DNA of 64,000 nt from Glaucostegus cemiculus (lineage: Eukaryota): NCBI GenBank assembly GCA_976551045.1, contig CDPCPM010000418.1, positions 744,001 through 808,000 of the forward strand. Reading direction: 5' to 3'. The translations under genes and the position numbers were made by a program. Numbering within the stretch: position 1 is the first letter of the stretch; each line of letters opens with the position of its first letter. A model generated the notes under the pieces. That model did not search any database, was not told the DNA's origin, and was given only the letters and a program-made list of their open reading frames with translations. Positions 60,601-64,000 of this stretch are shown here, piece after piece.

Positions 60601-60849
60601 AAAGTGAATGCATCTCTAACTGTAAATTATAATCTCTGGCACTCACCTTTCGAATGAAGATGATTCTTCACATAATAAATGGTAACACTTTAAGGCCAAG
60701 TTCACCCGCCACAATTTGTGTTTTATTTTGAAGACACTTGCAAAACTTCCTGATGTAATCTTGTTGAAAGACACAAAGTCATCCTCTGTAAACTCGTTGG
60801 GAGTGATGCCTGACTGCTGAAGGACAGAGTCCTTCTGTTCATCTGCCAT
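41332..60849 (-). CDS. ANKK1: Ankyrin repeat and protein kinase domain-containing protein 1 (RIPK family), whole gene; complement(join(41332-42626,46333-46408,47353-47468,49217-49372,50717-50766,56418-56560,58513-58804,60647-60849)), 776 aa
   Basis: Phases are consistent (2331 nt). Kinase motifs are [21 protein letters not shown] and MPPE. LKPGN, GLSKW...IERSA.RG and IIVETEIL match recalled ANKK1 rather than RIPK4 (LKPAN, GLAKC). It has C-terminal ankyrin repeats and neighbours TMPRSS5. Confidence 0.88.
43867..43922. repeat. 26-bp tandem duplication
   Basis: TCTTTGTCATTGGAAGCTGACTGCAA twice, exact. Confidence 0.9.
46333..46408 (-). CDS. ANKK1: ANKK1 exon 7, linker
   Basis: ttttccatag|AAT...ATAG|gtgagt. 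Encodes [25 protein letters not shown]; phase 0-1 fits the last exon. Confidence 0.8.
46971..46997 (-). CDS. ANKK1: Possible ANKK1 27-nt micro-exon (DMLSVRRNK)
   Basis: tttttgcttctaccagttag|GAT...AAG|gtgaga; phase 0-0, so it preserves the frame between exons 6 and 7. Confidence 0.4.
47353..47468 (-). CDS. ANKK1: ANKK1 exon 6, linker
   Basis: ttcctttctag|AA...CAC|gtatgc. Encodes [19 protein letters not shown]..., which resembles recalled ANKK1 DITIETDILLSLLQ. Confidence 0.85.
47515..47735. mobile_element. Old Penelope-derived palindromic element
   Basis: Inverted arms gaaaactggaaatact...ctttcatcagg / ccgatgataggtc...cctgaaacatt...tttccagcattttc. Confidence 0.55.
49217..49372 (-). CDS. ANKK1: ANKK1 exon 5, kinase C-lobe end, with GC donor
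   Basis: Encodes [16 protein letters not shown]...[17 protein letters not shown]; acceptor catttcag|, donor CAG|gcatgt. Confidence 0.88.
49508..49696. repeat. Exact local duplicate of 49124-49175 plus 49362-49498
   Basis: Identical 52-bp and 137-bp blocks joined with the intervening 186 bp missing; abuts the N gap. Confidence 0.9.
49697..49841. other. Assembly gap (145 N)
   Basis: Run of N. Confidence 1.
50717..50766 (-). CDS. ANKK1: ANKK1 exon 4 (50 nt)
   Basis: Encodes [17 protein letters not shown]; boundaries tttttccag| and G|gtaaca. Confidence 0.93.
50950..51337 (+). mobile_element. CR1 LINE 3' fragment
   Basis: aggaggctgaggggtg.cctta.agag...gggctgaagggcctgtttccatgctgta...gactcta. 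Confidence 0.8.
52072..52361 (+). mobile_element. V-SINE with tail type A (gactaataaa-(tctta)n)
   Basis: B box GGTTCAATTCT and V-domain; tail as in the copies at 4583 and 40946. Confidence 0.8.
52408..52672 (+). mobile_element. V-SINE with CR1-type tail
   Basis: A box TAGCGTAGCGG, B box GGTTCAATTCC, V-domain, then gactcgttgggctgaaagggcctgtt (CR1 3' end) and (tttaaa)n. Confidence 0.8.
53459..54053 (-). mobile_element. 5'-truncated L1-clade LINE with perfect 16-bp TSD
   Basis: ORF2 C-terminus [18 protein letters not shown]...LNLEKIR...[14 protein letters not shown]-rich 3' UTR, AATAAA and A-rich tail. TSD CACATCATACAACACT at 53443-53458 and 54054-54069. Confidence 0.85.
54381..54608. repeat. 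59-bp minisatellite (about 3.9 copies) inside a Deu-domain SINE (about 54290-54745)
   Basis: GACTTAAAAGATCACTACTTTGAAGAACAGAGGAATTTCTCCTGATGTCCAAAAGGGTT starts at 54381, 54440, 54499 and 54558. Confidence 0.9.
55488..55570. repeat. GA-rich microsatellite
   Basis: (GA)n/(GAAA)n tract. Confidence 0.9.
56072..56300. mobile_element. Penelope-derived hairpin element with head-to-head hammerhead-like motifs
   Basis: About 95-bp inverted arms centred near 56169 (catcaggac-c-gtcctgatg). TSD-like ctaactatgctgtagt (56056) and ctaactctgctgtact (56301). Confidence 0.75.
56418..56560 (-). CDS. ANKK1: ANKK1 exon 3, DFG and activation segment (absent from ORF track)
   Basis: Encodes [48 protein letters not shown]; boundaries tatatag| and AG|gttaga. 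Confidence 0.93.
58513..58804 (-). CDS. ANKK1: ANKK1 exon 2, alphaC helix to catalytic loop
   Basis: Encodes [12 protein letters not shown]...[31 protein letters not shown]; boundaries ttacag| and AAG|gttgct. Confidence 0.95.
60647..60849 (-). CDS. ANKK1: ANKK1 exon 1, kinase N-lobe
   Basis: Kozak GCCATGG; encodes MADEQK...[28 protein letters not shown]; donor AG|gtgagt. Confidence 0.9.
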
Positions 60850-60888
60850 GGCAAGAGAGCAGCTTTAGGGGAAAGAACAATTCACTGC

Positions 60889-60945
60889 CACCTGAACTTC
60901 CTGCTCAAATACATGGGCGGAGAATCAAGTGTAAATTGAAACTGC
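60889..60945 (-). promoter_or_regulatory. Candidate ANKK1 proximal promoter motifs
   Basis: Within 100 nt of the ATG there is an ETS-like CAGGAAGT (60896-60903, - strand), a GC box GGGCGG (60915-60920) and an E-box CACCTG (60889). These are motif matches only. Confidence 0.3.
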
Positions 60946-61901
60946 ACACTTTCAAAACAGGAACACTGTAACTCAAAACAATGACTACAATGGATGTCCT
61001 ATATGTTATAGTGTCATTAATAACATGTCCTATTTTAAAAAGAAATCAGAGTATCTTAGCTGCTCCTATACTGAATTTTCAATTTCAAGTCTGGTATGCT
61101 TCAATTGTTTCATATTTGTAATTACAGTTAACTTTCCTGTCTTTGTAGAAATTGGAATGAGGGTGGAAGTTTTGTGGTTTAGAGAGAATCATGATTCTCA
61201 TGATTCATGACATGATAAAGTCATGATAGAGACAATAATAAATTGGCTGCCCATTTTGCACCCTTCCTGAGTTGATATGCCTTTGGTGGCATTGTGCAGT
61301 GGGTACAATGCTAGCACACAGTTTGCGAGACTGTTGAAGAACAATTTCACTCCCGCTGACTTACTTCTGGAATACGGTTTGCTAGGTCATAGATGGGTGA
61401 CAAAGAATCACGATTAACATTGACAAGGGCTCTGGAGACACCTTCACTATCCTTTATCAAATAGTGCCATGGAATCTGTTATGTCCACCCGAAGGCAGAG
61501 TTTCAATGCTCCAACAGAAAGATGTACTGGAAGCATCAACATAGAGTTGGTGCTCAGATCTCTGGAGGGAACTTATACACATGGTCTGCCAAAGTGAGGG
61601 TTACACTACACACAGACACACACACACACACAAAAACACACCTGAAAAAAGGGGACTCCAAGACAAGAAATGAAAGTTTTTTTTTTCCTGTTAGCTTATT
61701 TTTAATACAGTTACAGTGGTTTTGAATTCACACCACACAACTCTCCACAAAACAAAGAAGAAAGTTGAGTAGCTTTTCGGAAATTTTTTTGTTTCCATGC
61801 AGAGGGTGGTGCATGTGTGAAATGAGCTGCCAGAGAAACTAGTTGAGGCAGGTACAAAAATGACACTTAAAAGACATTTGGATAAGTTTTTGGATAGGAA
61901 A

Positions 61902-62915
61902 ACCAGTGAAACAACCTGACTTGCTTTTCTCCTTAGCCTAGAAGACTTGAGGCCATGTACAATCCTCTTAGCTTTTGTCCTGGCAGATTGCATTGGTTCT
62001 TGACAACCCATTGCTTCAACCAGGGACACACGCCAGATATGTGGAGTACATGTACTTGCTCAGGAACATTAGGCATTCTTGGAGTATTCAACCACGTTCT
62101 ATCTTGTAAGACAATTATGCCTTTTTACTCCTTTCAGTGCCCAAGAGAGATTACGTAGGGATACGGGCCAAACGCAGGCAAATGGGACTAACTTAGCTGG
62201 GCACCTCGGTCGGCATGGACAATTTGGGCTCAAGGGCCTGTTTCTGTGCTGTATTACTCTATGACTTTCTAGTATTTCACTCAGCTTGGTTTATTGTGTG
62301 ACCCATTGTGACAATGAAGAGGCAGCTTGCACTTAATTAGCTACAATTTTCATTATTTCTGATAGTCAGAGAGACTTGAACCCATAGCCTTCTAACTCGA
62401 GATGAGAGCAAAGCTGGAAGTAGCAACAAGAACAGTAGATTCAGAATATCTTCTGCCTTATAAAATTATGTCCTACAGTAGCACCTCCTGCATATAATTG
62501 TCAAGATGTAAGATGAAATTCTGCAGGCCTCAGGCCACATACTCTAATGTGAAATTGTGGAATGCATGGCAATAAGATTTCATGAGCTGAACGTGCTGTA
62601 AAATCTGCAAGTCAAGCATCTGAATTTTACAATCCACAGGAGTTCAGTGATGTGTAATCTCTCCTGGGTACTGAAAGGAGCAGAAGGACGTAATTGTCTT
62701 ACAGGATAAAATGTGGTTGAATATTCCAAGAACATAGTGAATGCATAACAGTTCTGAGCAAATACCTGAGCAAATATCTACTGTATGTCCCTGGTTGAAG
62801 TACTGGGTTGCCAAAAACCAATACCCTTCGCCAGGACCAAAGTTAAGGGAATTGCATGTAGCCTCAGGTCTCCTAGGCTAAGGAGGAAAGCAAATCAGGT
62901 TGTTCCACTCCTGGT
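61902..62915. repeat. Inverted duplication, arms 61902-62154 and 62654-62915
   Basis: The reverse complement of the right arm aligns to the left arm by eye at roughly 75-80% identity. Confidence 0.85.
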
Positions 62916-63404
62916 CACTGTCGTGTGAAGCTTGGGTTAGAACATGAGATGAAGTCAGGCTTAGTTCCCTTGAGCTTCATATTGAATCAGCAACAATGGC
63001 CATGGCTCATACATTAATTATCCACTTGCCCGAGGTCCAAGCAGGTGACCTTCTACTTGAAACCACATTGCAACACGTTGGTGGCTACAGGAGAATTGAA
63101 AAAGCTAAGAAATTGGGGTTTTGAAAGTACTCATTTACTCTGAGCTCTTCAGGTTAATAGTCGTGTTTGCCTCCATCCGATTGAGGCCAGAGGGTCAAGG
63201 CACAAAAGTTTTACAATTTTTTTTTCCCCAGCCCTTCAAGGAATGTGAACATGACTTGTAGGACAGGCATTTATTGACCATCCTGAATTGCCCTAAACTA
63301 AAGAGGAAGTTAAGAACATTGGCAGACCTGGTGGCACATATGAAACGGGGTAAGGATGGCAGAATTCCTTCCTTCAGGAACATTAGTAAAACAAATGGAT
63401 TTTC

Positions 63405-63870
63405 AGATTCAGAATCAGATTTATTATCACTGACTTAGATGATGTGAAATTTGTTGTTTTGCAGCAACAGTACAGTGCAAGGACATAAAATTACTGTAAA
63501 GTACTAAATAAATAAATAGTGCAAAAAAAGGAATAGTGAGGTAGTGTTCGTGGGTTCATGGACCATTCAGAAATCTGATGGCGGAGGGTAAGAAGCTGTT
63601 TCTGAAACGCTGAGCCTTCAGGCTCCTGTACCTTCTCTCTGACGGTAGTAACGAGATGATGTCCCGGATGGTGAAGGTCCGTAGTGATGGATGCCACCTT
63701 CTTGAGGCACTGGCTCTTGAAGATGTCCTCGATGGTGGGGAGAGTTGTGCCTGTGATGGAGCTGGCTGAGTCTACAACCCTCTGCAGTCTCTTGTGATCT
63801 TGTGGATTGAAACCTCCATACCAGGCTGTGAAGCAACCAGTCAGAATACTCTCCACTGTACATCCATAGG
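63405..63870 (-). mobile_element. Rex1/Babar-like LINE 3' fragment
   Basis: Encodes ESILTGCFTAWYG...KRLQRVVDSASSITG..LPTIEDIF and has an aataaat-(ctgatt) tail. Confidence 0.85.
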
Positions 63871-64000
63871 AATTTGCAAATCTAACAATTCAGTAGTTTC
63901 ATGGCAATGATACTGATACTAGCTTTTTAATCCAGTTTTAGTCAATTAAAATTCCTCAATTACCCTGGTGAGCATCAATGGTCAGGTAATATTCTTGCAA

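Noticed and set aside
41332-60849. Assignment as RIPK4 (with TMPRSS2/3)
   Set aside because: LKPGN, GLSKW, IERSA, the short linker, and the CNSSC motif and missing LDLa exon in the neighbouring protease all fit ANKK1/TMPRSS5 better.

Overview
This is eukaryotic, AT-rich, repeat-rich vertebrate DNA. The repeat families (V-SINE/HE1-type, Deu-domain SINEs, CR1, Rex/Babar, Penelope-like remnants) point to a cartilaginous fish, probably a ray or shark (inference). Two multi-exon genes converge tail-to-tail, and I reconstructed both by hand with consistent splice phases. TMPRSS5 (spinesin, type II transmembrane serine protease) is on + at about 2929-36123, with 13 coding exons and about 561 aa. ANKK1 (RIPK-family kinase with about 12 ankyrin repeats) is on - at 41332-60849, with 8 coding exons plus a possible 27-nt micro-exon, giving 776-785 aa. 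Most short ORFs in the supplied track are noise or transposon debris. Main observations: (1) the ANKK1 catalytic-loop Asp is Glu (HLE-LKPGN), a candidate pseudokinase; (2) the TMPRSS5 zymogen activation site is M|IVGG instead of R|IVGG although the catalytic triad is intact; (3) there is no DRD2 between ANKK1 and TMPRSS5, unlike human; (4) Penelope-derived inverted elements carry minimal hammerhead ribozyme motifs, one apparently intact; (5) TMPRSS5 has a much enlarged cytoplasmic tail with repeated dileucine motifs; (6) there is also a 28S rRNA fragment, a CpG-rich VNTR composite, an exon-5-deleted duplicate beside a 145-N gap, and a long inverted duplication upstream of ANKK1. Gene and repeat names rest on recalled homology, not database searches. 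Single-base findings could be assembly errors.
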